From Hyperthermus butylicus DSM 5456 (GTDB taxonomy: Archaea; Thermoproteota; Thermoprotei_A; Sulfolobales; Pyrodictiaceae): a stretch of DNA of 32,000 nt. Location: the NCBI RefSeq assembly GCF_000015145.1, contig NC_008818.1, positions 1,110,001-1,142,000 of the forward strand, given 5' to 3'. Position 1 is the stretch's first letter, and every line of letters begins with the position of its first letter. This document shows, piece after piece, positions 1 through 10,058 of this stretch. A model generated the notes under the pieces. The model was given only the letters and a program-made list of their open reading frames with translations, had not been told where the DNA came from and searched no databases. Position numbers and translations under genes: made by a program.

Positions 1-176
1 CCCCCAGCAAGGAAAGCTATGAGCTTAAGTAGCTTCTCATCACGCTCGCTCTTCGCCCTAAGCTCCTCTATGAGCCTTAGCAGCTCGCCCAGCTTGCGCC
101 TCAAATCGTTTAGCATGTTGTCTATGTACTTTAGTAGCTCCTGTGGCGAGGAAAACTCTTGAATACCAATAGTCAA
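1..176 (-). CDS. N-terminal part of a small charged/coiled-coil protein, truncated by the window edge
   Basis: Open reading frame on the minus strand running off the left edge. The translation is about (M)TIGIQEFSSPQELLKYIDNMLNDLRRKLGELLRLIEELRAKSERDEKLLKLIAFLAG. Possible TTG start at 176, with an in-frame stop just upstream. Confidence 0.45.
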   Translation of the reverse strand, partial: MTIGIQEFSSPQELLKYIDNMLNDLRRKLGELLRLIEELRAKSERDEKLLKLIAFLAG

Positions 177-282
177 GATCCTTTACCCAGTGCACTTAGC
201 TGGCGTCGGGCCTCCTAAAAACTTATAGCTCTACGGGTAAAAACATATAACGTAAGACCTACCAGTGGGCTTTTTAACGCTG

Positions 283-3200
283 CTAGAACTCCTCCTCTGC
301 AGCAAGCCTCATCATTAGTTTGGATAGGTAGTGCCTTATCACTATGAGTATTACTGCCGAAATTACTATCATTATTATGACGTTGAGGTAGCGGAGTAGT
401 AGCGTCTGTATCGTCGGCTGCAGGGCTAACGTTACCGTGTCATCGGTCGTCAGTAATATGCTGGTACATGCCTGCCGGTAGCCCTTAGCCACTGCACAGA
501 CTTGGTAGTTCGCGTTAGATGGCAATACTGCGTCAACAGTTCCATCTACTCCTGTCATAAGGGTGGAGGAGAATACTACGTCCATACCAGCAATGTTTAC
601 TGTTGCTGCTGCAAGGCCTTTACCCTGATCGTTTTCCACTACTATGTGCAGTGTCCGCGGGGTTCTGGCTAGAGCTATTTCTAGCGTAGTGTTTGAAGGC
701 TTTATCGTTATATTTACTGGCTGGTAGAAGTTCCTAGCAGACTCTATTGTTAGTACGGACCCGTTAACGTGTACCAGCAGTGTTAGGGTCTGTGGGGGGC
801 CCGGGCTTATTCTTGCTACCTCCACCCCGTCGAGACGGACCACTATGCTATCGACTATCCTGTTCTCGAGCGCCAACTTGTCTAGAATTTTCGCTGTGAC
901 CGGCATCCTTACTGTTGGAAGCCTAATGTCTAGAACACTGTTATCCCTTGCAAGGTATACTTCTCTCTCAACAACATCGAATATCTTAAACCCAGTGTTG
1001 TCATACGGTAGTGGGTCTATATGCAAGCGATAAGTGCCCTTGACGAGTGTAATAGTTGCTGTTGCATTCAGTACTAGCACGCTGCGGATCTTTTCGTCCT
1101 CGACGCGGTCTATTGTAACCCTTGCTGTAACAGGTATGGTTTCATTGCCTACTACGCCGGTTAGTCGCAGCGTTAGCCTATATGTTACTGGTTCGAGCTG
1201 TATCTCGACTGCTGCACCATTGTCGGTTACGTTTACTGTCCTGGTTAGAGGCTTGAAGAATGGGTCCTCGCCCGCGGGGTGCAGCGGTGTTACCTCTATC
1301 GTCGCGCTGCCGCGGTGCTGTGTCTGGAAGGAGATCAAGTAGGGTCTATCAGCCTCAATACCGTAGAACTCTTGCTCGTATAGTACGCGGTTGTCGCCCA
1401 CCACCCTTAGCCTTATACCATCGCCTTTCGGTGTTGTATATTGCGATGCCAGTGTCACTATGACTGCAACGTTTATCCTTTCAAGGGTTACTATTACGTC
1501 CCTATCAGAGTCCATGCAGATTCTCGTTGTTGCCTCCCGGTAGAGTCCACCCCCGACTTCTCGCACGACGATAGTGTAGTTGCCGGGAAGTAGTTCGCTT
1601 AGCTCTATGCTCCTTGTGCCCGAGGGGTAGGTTGCGCTTATGGTTCTGGATCTCTTTTCGTCTATCAGCTGTACTGTGAGGTTGCGTATTGGCGGCTTAT
1701 TGGTATAGCTATCTACGAGGTGTAATACCAACGTGAACCTCTTATAGGGGACTGTGAGTGTTACATTACTCTTGCCCGCGCATAGTATTTTGTAGCTGCT
1801 TGGCTCGTAGATAGGCTCTTTAGGAGCTACAGTGATCTCTAGTATGCCTGGCTCCATGCATGGTGCTTCTATTGTTGGTCCGGCCTCCACGTATGATATG
1901 CTGTCTACAACCGTATTGTTTACGTAGAGTGTTGCCGCGACTGTGAGGTTTTCAAGTGGCTCGCCGTCTTCGTTAACGAAGCTTATTGACAGCGTTCTAA
2001 GCGTATAGTTCGCTATGAGCTGCTCCGTTACAATGTGTCCGAAGAGGAGGTTTGCGAAGCTGTTAACCACTACGAGGCCTGCACCAGTACCCACTGCGAG
2101 GAAGTTTGCCTCGGGGCCTAGGATCGCAGCCACCGTGCCCGGCCATGGTGATATGCAAGTGGTGCAGTGGCTGCTCTCAGACTCTACCCTAACCTCGCCA
2201 CGCTCGGTGTCTATTACCACGAGGCCTATATTACCTCCTTCATCAACTGCTGCTACTACGTAACCTCTCGTTGTCTTTGCGATGGATACATGCTTTATTG
2301 CTGCATGGAGCTGGAGACTCCAGAGCAGTCTATACGTGTCACCGTCGAGGCCCGCTACGAGTAGACTACCACTGCTTGTGCCGATGGCGACTATGTTGGC
2401 GTCAGGGGAGATTGCCGCTGTTCTCGCATAGTCGCCCAGGACGTAATAGCGCCAGAGGTTCTCGTAGGCTACCGCTCCATCGGGGCTAAACACTGCCAAC
2501 ACGAGGACTATTCTATCAAGCTTTGTAAACTCCACATCACGACCTGTCACCCAGAGGTAAAGCTTGCCGTTGAAAATGTATGCTAACAGTGCAGTACTGT
2601 TCATCAGCTTATAGCTTGATGCGAGCTCGCTGACCCTAGGCGGGTAACCACCACTAACGAGGTAGTATGCATACTCGCGTCTCGGGTTTATACATACGGT
2701 CTTGTTAAGCAACGTTATATCCATTGGTTCAGGATAGTTTAGCGTATTGTCAACCTCTATGGCTTTCGTAGTGTTAACTACTGCTATGTAGCACGTACCG
2801 CCATAGCTTACTATAATGTCTATGAGCTGAGCCAGCGTAGGAAGCTGCAGTATGGCGTAGCCGTTCTCGTCAGTTATACTCTCGGGCGTAAACTGACTAG
2901 TACTAGGTATATAGCCAAACACTGTTACGCCTTGAATAGGCGTGCCATTGTAGAGTATTTGGAGGCGAAGCTTAGCCTTGGCAGACACCGTAGCTGTTGG
3001 GAGTAGCTTAACTATAGCCGAGCCAGCTGGCTCTATAAGGCTTCCTGTGGGCTTGTAGACTGGCACTACCTGCTGCACAATGCTATTCTCTAGCCTTTCT
3101 CCCAGCAAGCTGCCTACTGCGTCTCCTGCCTCGAACCAACCCAGCCTTATGCGGCTAACAATGTATAGGCGGTAGTCATTGTCGAGTTCTGTGAGGACCG

Positions 3201-3627
3201 CTATACTGGGCCTACCTAGATTAAGATACGCCATACCCTTTGGATTACCCTTACCGGCAAACACGTAGTGGCCCGGCTCCTCGAGGTCTAGTATTAGTAA
3301 GTCTCCACGCCGGGAGACTACGAACACGTACCTTGGGTTTGACGGATTGTCAAGTGTTGCGTAGACAGGCTCAGAGTCCATTGTCGCCTCATAGAGCGGT
3401 GTTAGGGATGGCTTTAACTCCGTAGTATTGATGTACGCTAGGTATACCTTGTAGGCCTCTCCATCCTTTACAGCGTAGACTATGTAATTACTACCGAATG
3501 CTTCAAGCATGACTACAGGCCTACTATCAACAATATGGATTACTGGCACCTCCTCTGCCGCTGCCATGACTGAGAAGCTGTAGAGGATAGCTGCAGCTAC
3601 TACTGCTACCAACAACGTATTCTTCAA
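283..3627 (-). CDS. Large secreted/surface protein: N-terminal signal peptide, propeller-like region, several Ig/carboxypeptidase-regulatory-like beta modules, C-terminal TM anchor
   Basis: 1114-aa ORF. N-terminus is MKNTLLVAVVAAAILYSFSVMAAAEE (signal-like). C-terminus is LRYLNVIIMIVISAVILIVIRHYLSKLMMR (TM plus basic tail). The middle contains beta-rich repeats such as ITDENGYAILQLP and GVDGTVDAVLPSNANYQVCAVAKGY. Confidence 0.85.
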   Translation of the reverse strand: MKNTLLVAVVAAAILYSFSVMAAAEEVPVIHIVDSRPVVMLEAFGSNYIVYAVKDGEAYKVYLAYINTTELKPSLTPLYEATMDSEPVYATLDNPSNPRYVFVVSRRGDLLILDLEEPGHYVFAGKGNPKGMAYLNLGRPSIAVLTELDNDYRLYIVSRIRLGWFEAGDAVGSLLGERLENSIVQQVVPVYKPTGSLIEPAGSAIVKLLPTATVSAKAKLRLQILYNGTPIQGVTVFGYIPSTSQFTPESITDENGYAILQLPTLAQLIDIIVSYGGTCYIAVVNTTKAIEVDNTLNYPEPMDITLLNKTVCINPRREYAYYLVSGGYPPRVSELASSYKLMNSTALLAYIFNGKLYLWVTGRDVEFTKLDRIVLVLAVFSPDGAVAYENLWRYYVLGDYARTAAISPDANIVAIGTSSGSLLVAGLDGDTYRLLWSLQLHAAIKHVSIAKTTRGYVVAAVDEGGNIGLVVIDTERGEVRVESESSHCTTCISPWPGTVAAILGPEANFLAVGTGAGLVVVNSFANLLFGHIVTEQLIANYTLRTLSISFVNEDGEPLENLTVAATLYVNNTVVDSISYVEAGPTIEAPCMEPGILEITVAPKEPIYEPSSYKILCAGKSNVTLTVPYKRFTLVLHLVDSYTNKPPIRNLTVQLIDEKRSRTISATYPSGTRSIELSELLPGNYTIVVREVGGGLYREATTRICMDSDRDVIVTLERINVAVIVTLASQYTTPKGDGIRLRVVGDNRVLYEQEFYGIEADRPYLISFQTQHRGSATIEVTPLHPAGEDPFFKPLTRTVNVTDNGAAVEIQLEPVTYRLTLRLTGVVGNETIPVTARVTIDRVEDEKIRSVLVLNATATITLVKGTYRLHIDPLPYDNTGFKIFDVVEREVYLARDNSVLDIRLPTVRMPVTAKILDKLALENRIVDSIVVRLDGVEVARISPGPPQTLTLLVHVNGSVLTIESARNFYQPVNITIKPSNTTLEIALARTPRTLHIVVENDQGKGLAAATVNIAGMDVVFSSTLMTGVDGTVDAVLPSNANYQVCAVAKGYRQACTSILLTTDDTVTLALQPTIQTLLLRYLNVIIMIVISAVILIVIRHYLSKLMMRLAAEEEF

Positions 3628-3794
3628 GTCCTCTACACCCCATATAGCTTGGACTCTAGCCTGCCTACACTAATACCCTGCTATGTGAACGCTGTTAGTG
3701 ATTGACATGTGTCACGTTTAGCTTAAAGCCCTGGAGTAAAAAAGGTATTTAGAGGCCACGAGATATGGAATGAGAGCTAGGAGGAAAAGGGTAG

Positions 3795-5462
3795 ATGTTT
3801 CTGGCGAAACTGCTCAGCAAGATTAAGCTGCGTAGGCATGAGGAGAAGAAGCCAGAGGCAGACTTTGAGGAAGAGCTGGAGCCGCTAGATTATAGGAGGC
3901 GGACACTATCATCGGTATGTCCCCAAAAGGAGTGTGAGGAGCTGGAATCATATCCCCTAGAGGATCCATGGGTGCACGCGATAATACTGAGGAATAAGCG
4001 TACCGGCGAGATCATATACTGGATAGACGAGATACCCCTCTCCCCCGAGGAGAAGAAGATCTACGACAACATAATGGACATACTGTACTGGGAGCTTAAG
4101 CCACCAACAAGAGAAGACGTGGACGTCTTCGCATACTTTGCAAAGGAGGCTCGCAAGGTTGTAGAAGTCTTCCAGATTAGGCTTGGCCGAACACCCGGCA
4201 TCTCATGGGGCAAGATCCTCTACTACGTTCTGCGTGACGCTGTAGGCTTCGGGCCCATAGACCCGCTGATGAAGGATCCCAACATAGAGGATATATCTTG
4301 TAACGGTGTGGGTAGGAGGGTGTATGTGTGGCACCGCCGCTACGAGTATATACCAACAAACCTCATCTTCCACTCATCCGAGGAGCTGGATAATCTCGTC
4401 GTAAAGCTTGCCCATATGGCTGGCAAGCATGTATCCGTTGCATTCCCTATAGTTGATGCTATATTGCCTGGCGGCCACCGTCTCGCAGCCACCTATAAGA
4501 AGGAGGTTACAACAGGAGGCTCCACGTTCACCATACGTAAATTTAGGGAGGACCCAATAACAATTGTCGACATGATAAGGTTTAGGACTATAAGCGCCGA
4601 ACTCGCTGCATACTACTGGCTGCTCATGGAACACAAGATGCCTGGCATGGTGCTTGGCGTAACTGGTTCCGGTAAGACCACAACGCTCAACGCCTTGTTA
4701 ACACTGCTGAAGCCCTCGGTAAAAGTTGTAACTATTGAGGATACACCGGAACTCAAGCTACCGCTTGAGAACTGGGTTCAGCTAATCCCAAGGATGAGCT
4801 ATGGCCTTGGCATGGAAAAGATTGGAGAGATAAGCCTCTACGACCTGGTAAGGGTTAGTCTGCGATATAGGCCCGACATAATCGTTGTCGGTGAGGTACG
4901 TGGCGAAGAGGCTTACGTGCTATTCCAAGCCATCGCAACAGGCCACGGCGGCATGACTACACTACATGCAGAGTCCATTGACGCCGCTGTTAAGAGGCTT
5001 ACAAGTCCACCAATGAATATCCCGGAGGGCTATATACCACTGATGAACTTTACACTACTAATACGTAGGGTCGAAATCATTGATCCCCAAACCGGTAGGC
5101 CTAAGATCACTAGGAGGATTACCTATACTTGGGAGATAGCAGATTATGGTAAGTACATCGTGTCCCATAAGTGGGACGCGCGTAGGGATAAGCACATAGT
5201 AAAACTTAAGGACAGCGTGCTCATGAAGAGGATTATGGAGCTGCACGGCTGGGATAAGGAGTACTTGCTCCAGGAGTTCAATAGAAGAGCTACAGTCCTG
5301 AAGTGGATGGCAGCTAAGAACATGAGGAGCTATGTTGAAGTTGCAAGGATTATACGCGAGTACTACATGGATCCGGAGGGCACCCACAAGATTGCCATAC
5401 GCGACCTAGGCGGGGAGGCTGAAGTAGAGGCTACAGAATACCAGCCTGGAAGCCTGATGTAG
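3795..5462 (+). CDS. Type II/IV secretion (type IV pilus/archaellum-like) ATPase, GspE/VirB11 superfamily
   Basis: Walker A GVTGSGKTTTLNALL, Asp box TIEDTPELKLP, Walker B IIVVGEVRGEEAYVLFQAIATGHGGMTTLHAES. Purine-rich aggaggaaaag lies upstream of the start. Confidence 0.95.
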   Translation: MFLAKLLSKIKLRRHEEKKPEADFEEELEPLDYRRRTLSSVCPQKECEELESYPLEDPWVHAIILRNKRTGEIIYWIDEIPLSPEEKKIYDNIMDILYWELKPPTREDVDVFAYFAKEARKVVEVFQIRLGRTPGISWGKILYYVLRDAVGFGPIDPLMKDPNIEDISCNGVGRRVYVWHRRYEYIPTNLIFHSSEELDNLVVKLAHMAGKHVSVAFPIVDAILPGGHRLAATYKKEVTTGGSTFTIRKFREDPITIVDMIRFRTISAELAAYYWLLMEHKMPGMVLGVTGSGKTTTLNALLTLLKPSVKVVTIEDTPELKLPLENWVQLIPRMSYGLGMEKIGEISLYDLVRVSLRYRPDIIVVGEVRGEEAYVLFQAIATGHGGMTTLHAESIDAAVKRLTSPPMNIPEGYIPLMNFTLLIRRVEIIDPQTGRPKITRRITYTWEIADYGKYIVSHKWDARRDKHIVKLKDSVLMKRIMELHGWDKEYLLQEFNRRATVLKWMAAKNMRSYVEVARIIREYYMDPEGTHKIAIRDLGGEAEVEATEYQPGSLM

Positions 5463-5590
5463 AGCTGTTGGCTACCGAGGGATGTAGCCATATGCACTAC
5501 GTGGTTTATCCGGTAGTCTCGCTACATCTGACCTAACTGGCAAGAAGCTAGCAGTGACACCCATAAGAGTTCTAGGGTGGTGCTTGGGCC

Positions 5591-7456
5591 TTGTCTCTGC
5601 TTCGCCGCTTCGCGAGGAGGTTTCGTAAGAAGCGGGAAAGCACTGCTAGAAGAAGAACTGTAAAAAAGGTTCCATTGACACTTATCTATGATAGCTTGGC
5701 TTTAACTGTTCTCGGGAAGTACCCGGAGAGATTTGCGAAGGCCTTCCAGCTCTATGAGATGATTGATAAGGCTGGTCTCAATACACACCCAACCCTCTAT
5801 GCTGCGCGTATCCTCTTCGCCGTTGTGCTGTTACTTTCAGCCGCTGTGGTGGCTACTATATATCTCGCCTTTCTACCGATAAGCTTCACCGTGAAGGTTG
5901 TAATTAGCCTTGCCCTCTTCTTTGCACCCGTGATAGTGTTTGTTGCTGGCCTCATGTACCCGGCCTCTAAGGCTTCTAGTAGGGCTGAGCGTGTAGACAT
6001 GGAGTTTCCATTCTTTGCGGCTTACATGACTGCTATGGCTTATGGTGGTGTGCCTCCGGAGAAGCTTATTGAGAGGCTTGCCGAGATAAGGATGTTCCGT
6101 GCCCTCCGAGAGGAAGCAAGACGTATACTCAGGGACGTAAAGATCTTCGGCAAGAACATCCTATCGGCTCTTGAGCACAACGCGCTACACCACCCTTCAA
6201 GGCTTTACCGCGACTTCATGCTCGGTTATCTTACAGTGATACGTACCGGCGGTAATGTGCATCATTACCTGGAGGTTCGTACACAAGAGGTTATCCAGGC
6301 AAGGATGGAGGATCTCAGAAACCGTGCCGACCGTGTTGGCCTCATAGTTGAGGCCTACGTTGCAGTAGCAGTGCTTGGAACATTATCGTTCTACATATTC
6401 TTCATCGTGAGCGGCCTCATAGGCCGTGCAGTAGGCGGCGGGCTTGGAGGCACTACGGGCCTCATACTCTATAGCTTCATAGTGCTGCCACTGATAACAA
6501 TAGCAATACTAATGCTCCTTAACACCACCATACCAAGCTACGAGAATATCCGTGAGCCATACATCTACATGGCTATCAGCGTTCCAACCGCGTTCGTCAC
6601 GTCACTAATACTCCTCCAGCTAACCGGTGTCTACCGCATACCAACAGCTACAGTTGATATCAAGGCTATATCCATGGCTTCTGCCATATTCGCACTAGGC
6701 TTAATGATAGCTAGTTTGGGTCCCGCAATAGTCTACATGAGGATTGCAAGGAAGGAGAAGAAGATAAACCGTAGCCTGCCAGCATTCTTCCGTGATCTCT
6801 CCGAGGTTAGGAGAACCGGGCTCAGCCCTGAGCGCAGCATCATAGTACTGTCGGAGCGCGACTATGGTGAGCTTAGCAACGTCATACGCCGCATAGCCGC
6901 CGCGCTGTCAATGGGCCTCCACGTAGAGAGGGCGTTCAGGACCGCTATCAAGGGGTACAAGAGCTGGATACTCCGTGTAACCATGAGGTTCCTCGTTGAC
7001 GCCATAGATGTTGGTGGCGGTAGTCCAACAACAATAGACTCGCTGGCCAGGTTCGTGTCCACATTGATAGAGCTAAACGAGAATCTTAAGAGGAGGCTTA
7101 AGCCCTTCATCATAATGCCTTACTTTGGCGCCGTGATAGTTGCTGTTGCGAGCATACTGACCCTAGCAATGCTCGTAAACGCTATCGCCGCTACCGGCCT
7201 CGGTACTACACAGTATAGCTTTGGCGGACTCCAGGTGAGTCTCTCGCCGGCACAGATTGGCAAGCTACTACTACTAGCGTCAATTGCGTCGATACTGAAT
7301 GGTTGGCTTAGCGGCCTGGTGGCTGGAAAGCTTGCCGACCTGCATACGGCAGGCGGGTTCCTCCATGCAACACTGCTAACCGCTATAGTACTCGTTTCGA
7401 TAATAGCAGCGTTAACGGTATCTGGTTCGCTACTACAGTCTGTAGCTGCTGGCTAG
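5591..7456 (+). CDS. Type II secretion system F-like (TadC/ArlJ-like) membrane platform protein with two T2SSF-like modules
   Basis: 621 aa, multiple TM helices, two amphipathic cytoplasmic modules (MEFPFFAAYMTAMAYGGVPPEKLIERLAE and LPAFFRDLSEVRRTGLSPERSIIVL). Directly downstream of the ATPase. Apparent TTG start. Confidence 0.88.
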   Translation: MSLLRRFARRFRKKRESTARRRTVKKVPLTLIYDSLALTVLGKYPERFAKAFQLYEMIDKAGLNTHPTLYAARILFAVVLLLSAAVVATIYLAFLPISFTVKVVISLALFFAPVIVFVAGLMYPASKASSRAERVDMEFPFFAAYMTAMAYGGVPPEKLIERLAEIRMFRALREEARRILRDVKIFGKNILSALEHNALHHPSRLYRDFMLGYLTVIRTGGNVHHYLEVRTQEVIQARMEDLRNRADRVGLIVEAYVAVAVLGTLSFYIFFIVSGLIGRAVGGGLGGTTGLILYSFIVLPLITIAILMLLNTTIPSYENIREPYIYMAISVPTAFVTSLILLQLTGVYRIPTATVDIKAISMASAIFALGLMIASLGPAIVYMRIARKEKKINRSLPAFFRDLSEVRRTGLSPERSIIVLSERDYGELSNVIRRIAAALSMGLHVERAFRTAIKGYKSWILRVTMRFLVDAIDVGGGSPTTIDSLARFVSTLIELNENLKRRLKPFIIMPYFGAVIVAVASILTLAMLVNAIAATGLGTTQYSFGGLQVSLSPAQIGKLLLLASIASILNGWLSGLVAGKLADLHTAGGFLHATLLTAIVLVSIIAALTVSGSLLQSVAAG

Positions 7457-8274
7457 CTTTTCGCTCTACCACCGCCGAGGAAGTCTAGTAGTGAGCGGCT
7501 CTGCAAGGGCTGGCCTTTCTGCCTCCTGATGTCACGGAAGAGCTTCTGAACATCTATGCGGCGGTACTCTAGGCCTAGGCTCTGGAGAAGAGCTAGAGCC
7601 TCCTTCGATATCGATGGGGCGACAAGTATGCCGCGTATCTTTGCGCCTGGGTTTAACTGTTTGAACGCCTCAACATAGCTTTGGAGCTGTTTTACCGCTT
7701 CCAGCCCTGCGTTGACACGCTTAACCTCGATGACAACATAGTTCCCATCCTTGTCAACGGCCACTATGTCGGCATACCCTGTCTCTATGGGTCTCTCCCT
7801 GCGGAGGACACGGAGCCCCTCTTCGACAAGTTCTGGATGCTTAGCCAGGTAGTCTGCTATTTCCTTCTCGTCGAGATACTCTATGAAATCTGCCTCATCG
7901 ACTAGCCCATGAACGGCTAGTAGTGCATAGACCTCCTCTATATGTATTTCTAGTACCTCGCGTGGCCTCTTCCTCACGCTCCGGAATAGTAGCACACCAT
8001 CCCTCTCCTCAACGCTGAGAACCTGGCTCTCGGGCTGCCAGTTTACCGGCGAGTAGCCCGTGGGCCTGTGCACCAGTACCGCCCCATCAGGCTTGACTAC
8101 TATAAGGCGGTCGCCGTCGCCGAGCTTGCTAGCTCCACGGCCCTCATAGTAAACACGACACCGTGCAAGCATTACTATGACATCATGTCTCTTGAGAGCT
8201 TCGTGGAGGATGCTGCGGGCCTCGCTCAGGCTCGGCGACGCAACATAGACTATTCGGGGCTTCAACAGCTCCAC
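7453..8274 (-). CDS. nucS: Endonuclease NucS/EndoMS (RecB-like nuclease fold, mismatch-type endonuclease)
   Basis: Family-typical EYLDEKEIADYLAKHPELVEEGLRVLRRERPIETGYADIVAVDKDGNYVVIEVKRVNAG, with catalytic GxxD...ExK. C-terminal SLLDFLGG tail. Confidence 0.93.
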   Translation of the reverse strand: MELLKPRIVYVASPSLSEARSILHEALKRHDVIVMLARCRVYYEGRGASKLGDGDRLIVVKPDGAVLVHRPTGYSPVNWQPESQVLSVEERDGVLLFRSVRKRPREVLEIHIEEVYALLAVHGLVDEADFIEYLDEKEIADYLAKHPELVEEGLRVLRRERPIETGYADIVAVDKDGNYVVIEVKRVNAGLEAVKQLQSYVEAFKQLNPGAKIRGILVAPSISKEALALLQSLGLEYRRIDVQKLFRDIRRQKGQPLQSRSLLDFLGGGRAKS

Positions 8275-8343
8275 CTTCCGGAGCTTCAGCCAGGCTACGG
8301 GGCCTCCTCCTCATAAACAGTCTAGTGTTAATACCATGCCCTT

Positions 8344-9522
8344 ATGGGGGTTTGGGGAGCCCCTAGTACTGGCGTCGGGTTGACGCCAATGACTGTAGCA
8401 TATGCTAGAGCGGTTATTGTGAGGCTTGAGAGGTATCCGTTTCTAGCCGACGTGGATGCTGTTGCAATGAGGCGGTTTGGCCTAGGCGTTGTTGAGGTTG
8501 CACGTATCCGCCGGGACCTCGTGGAGCGAGGCGTTGATAGGCTCCTGGAGGCTATTAGGAGGGGACGCCTCGGCGACAGTGTTGACCATGTTGAAGAGGA
8601 GGTTTTATCCTTCGCCTATGCTGCAATAATCGCCTACGCTACCGGCAACAAATGGCTCGTTTCGAGACTCGCTCTTGCCGAGGCTGAGAGGGCCTACAGC
8701 CTAGCCCAGAGCGAGAACGATGAGACTATTGCACAGCTAGCAAGGCTTGTCGGCTTGGAGAGCCTAACCTATGGGAGGGGGTATCGTGAACCCATAGCAC
8801 TGCTAAGGGGGACAATAATATACCGAGTCTACCCCTACTCCATGAAGCTGATAGACTATCTGCGTGTTGCCCGTAGGCTCCTAGGCGATGATGCATGGAA
8901 GCCTATAAACTTCCCAGTACTCCGCGGCATCATATTCCTCGATAAGAGCCATGTACTGCGACTATTCAAGGAGGCTGCTACCGAGTATATCGAAGAGAAG
9001 GTGCGGAGCATAGGGGAGGCCTATGCAGGCCAGCTAGTCGACGTTGTCTCGGAGTATGTGAAGAAGGTTGAGGAGAAGCTTTCTGAGCAGCGGCGCCCCC
9101 GCATGGTTGGTAGCTCGCGGATAGAGGTTCCAAAGGGTGTCATTGTAGAGGAGGCATTACCCCCATGCATGAGGGATCTCATCGAAAGGACGCGGAGAGG
9201 CGACAATCTCAGCCATCATGAGCGCTTCGCCCTAGCTACATTCATGCTAAACATAGGAGCCGAGATAGACTATGTTGTCGACTTGTTTAGGAATATGCCA
9301 GACTTCAACGAGAAAATTACGAGGTACCAGGTGGAACACCTTGCTGGACTACGCGGCTCCGGCAAGAAGTACCGTGTGTATAGCTGCGAAAAGATGAAGA
9401 CCCTAGGCATTTGCAAAGCTGACTGTGGAACAAGAAGCCCGATCCAGGCCTACTACCAGAGCCTACGCGGTCTCCTCGCACAGCGGCGGGGCAGACGCGG
9501 AAAAAGCAATAATGCTTCCTAA
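8344..9522 (+). CDS. priL: DNA primase large subunit PriL (Fe-S)
   Basis: C-terminal conserved Fe-S domain PPCMRDLIERTRRGDNLSHHERFALATFMLNIG...YRVYSCEKMKTLGICKADC. Confidence 0.92.
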   Translation: MGVWGAPSTGVGLTPMTVAYARAVIVRLERYPFLADVDAVAMRRFGLGVVEVARIRRDLVERGVDRLLEAIRRGRLGDSVDHVEEEVLSFAYAAIIAYATGNKWLVSRLALAEAERAYSLAQSENDETIAQLARLVGLESLTYGRGYREPIALLRGTIIYRVYPYSMKLIDYLRVARRLLGDDAWKPINFPVLRGIIFLDKSHVLRLFKEAATEYIEEKVRSIGEAYAGQLVDVVSEYVKKVEEKLSEQRRPRMVGSSRIEVPKGVIVEEALPPCMRDLIERTRRGDNLSHHERFALATFMLNIGAEIDYVVDLFRNMPDFNEKITRYQVEHLAGLRGSGKKYRVYSCEKMKTLGICKADCGTRSPIQAYYQSLRGLLAQRRGRRGKSNNAS

Positions 9523-9626
9523 GGTGCTGCCAAGGATTTACCCCTTATTCCTTTGCTGTAAAGGTTTAAAACCTTGCACAAGAGTACCCCTAGACCAGTT
9601 ATGGAGGTAGACTAGTCTAACTGGGG

Positions 9627-9866
9627 GTGCAGGCAGCAATGCCTGCATCCGCCGTACTAGATGAGGTTGACAAGGCGATACTCAAGGCACTAAAGGAGAT
9701 TGGCGGCCCTGCAAAGCCAAAGGATATTGCTGCCCGTGCAGGCCTAGACGCGAGACGCGTAGCAGCTAAGATGAGGAAGCTTAGGACGCTAGGCCTCGTC
9801 GAGAGGCTTGAGGAGGGCCTCTACAAGCTAACCGAGGAGGGCGAGAAGGTAGCAAGCGAGAGCTGA
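9627..9866 (+). CDS. Winged helix-turn-helix DNA-binding protein
   Basis: 79 aa: VDKAILKALKEIGGPAKPKDIAARAGLDARRVAAKMRKLRTLGLVERLEEGLYKLTEEGEKV. Possible promoter aggtttaaaacc upstream. The start could be GTG 9627 or ATG 9639. Confidence 0.8.
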   Translation: MQAAMPASAVLDEVDKAILKALKEIGGPAKPKDIAARAGLDARRVAAKMRKLRTLGLVERLEEGLYKLTEEGEKVASES

Positions 9867-10058
9867 TCCATCACCACGTCACTTTACACACTTGTTTTGG
9901 GTGTTTTTGCTTCCTACATTTCTGCCTTGCCAGTCCCGTAACATATTGCCTGGCTGTATTTTCAGCCCTATCATTCTGTAGAGTATTACGTTACTATAGC
10001 ACCCCTACAAATAAAATATATGTGCTAACAGCTGCCAGCTGCCCCTCAGCCTGGGGGT

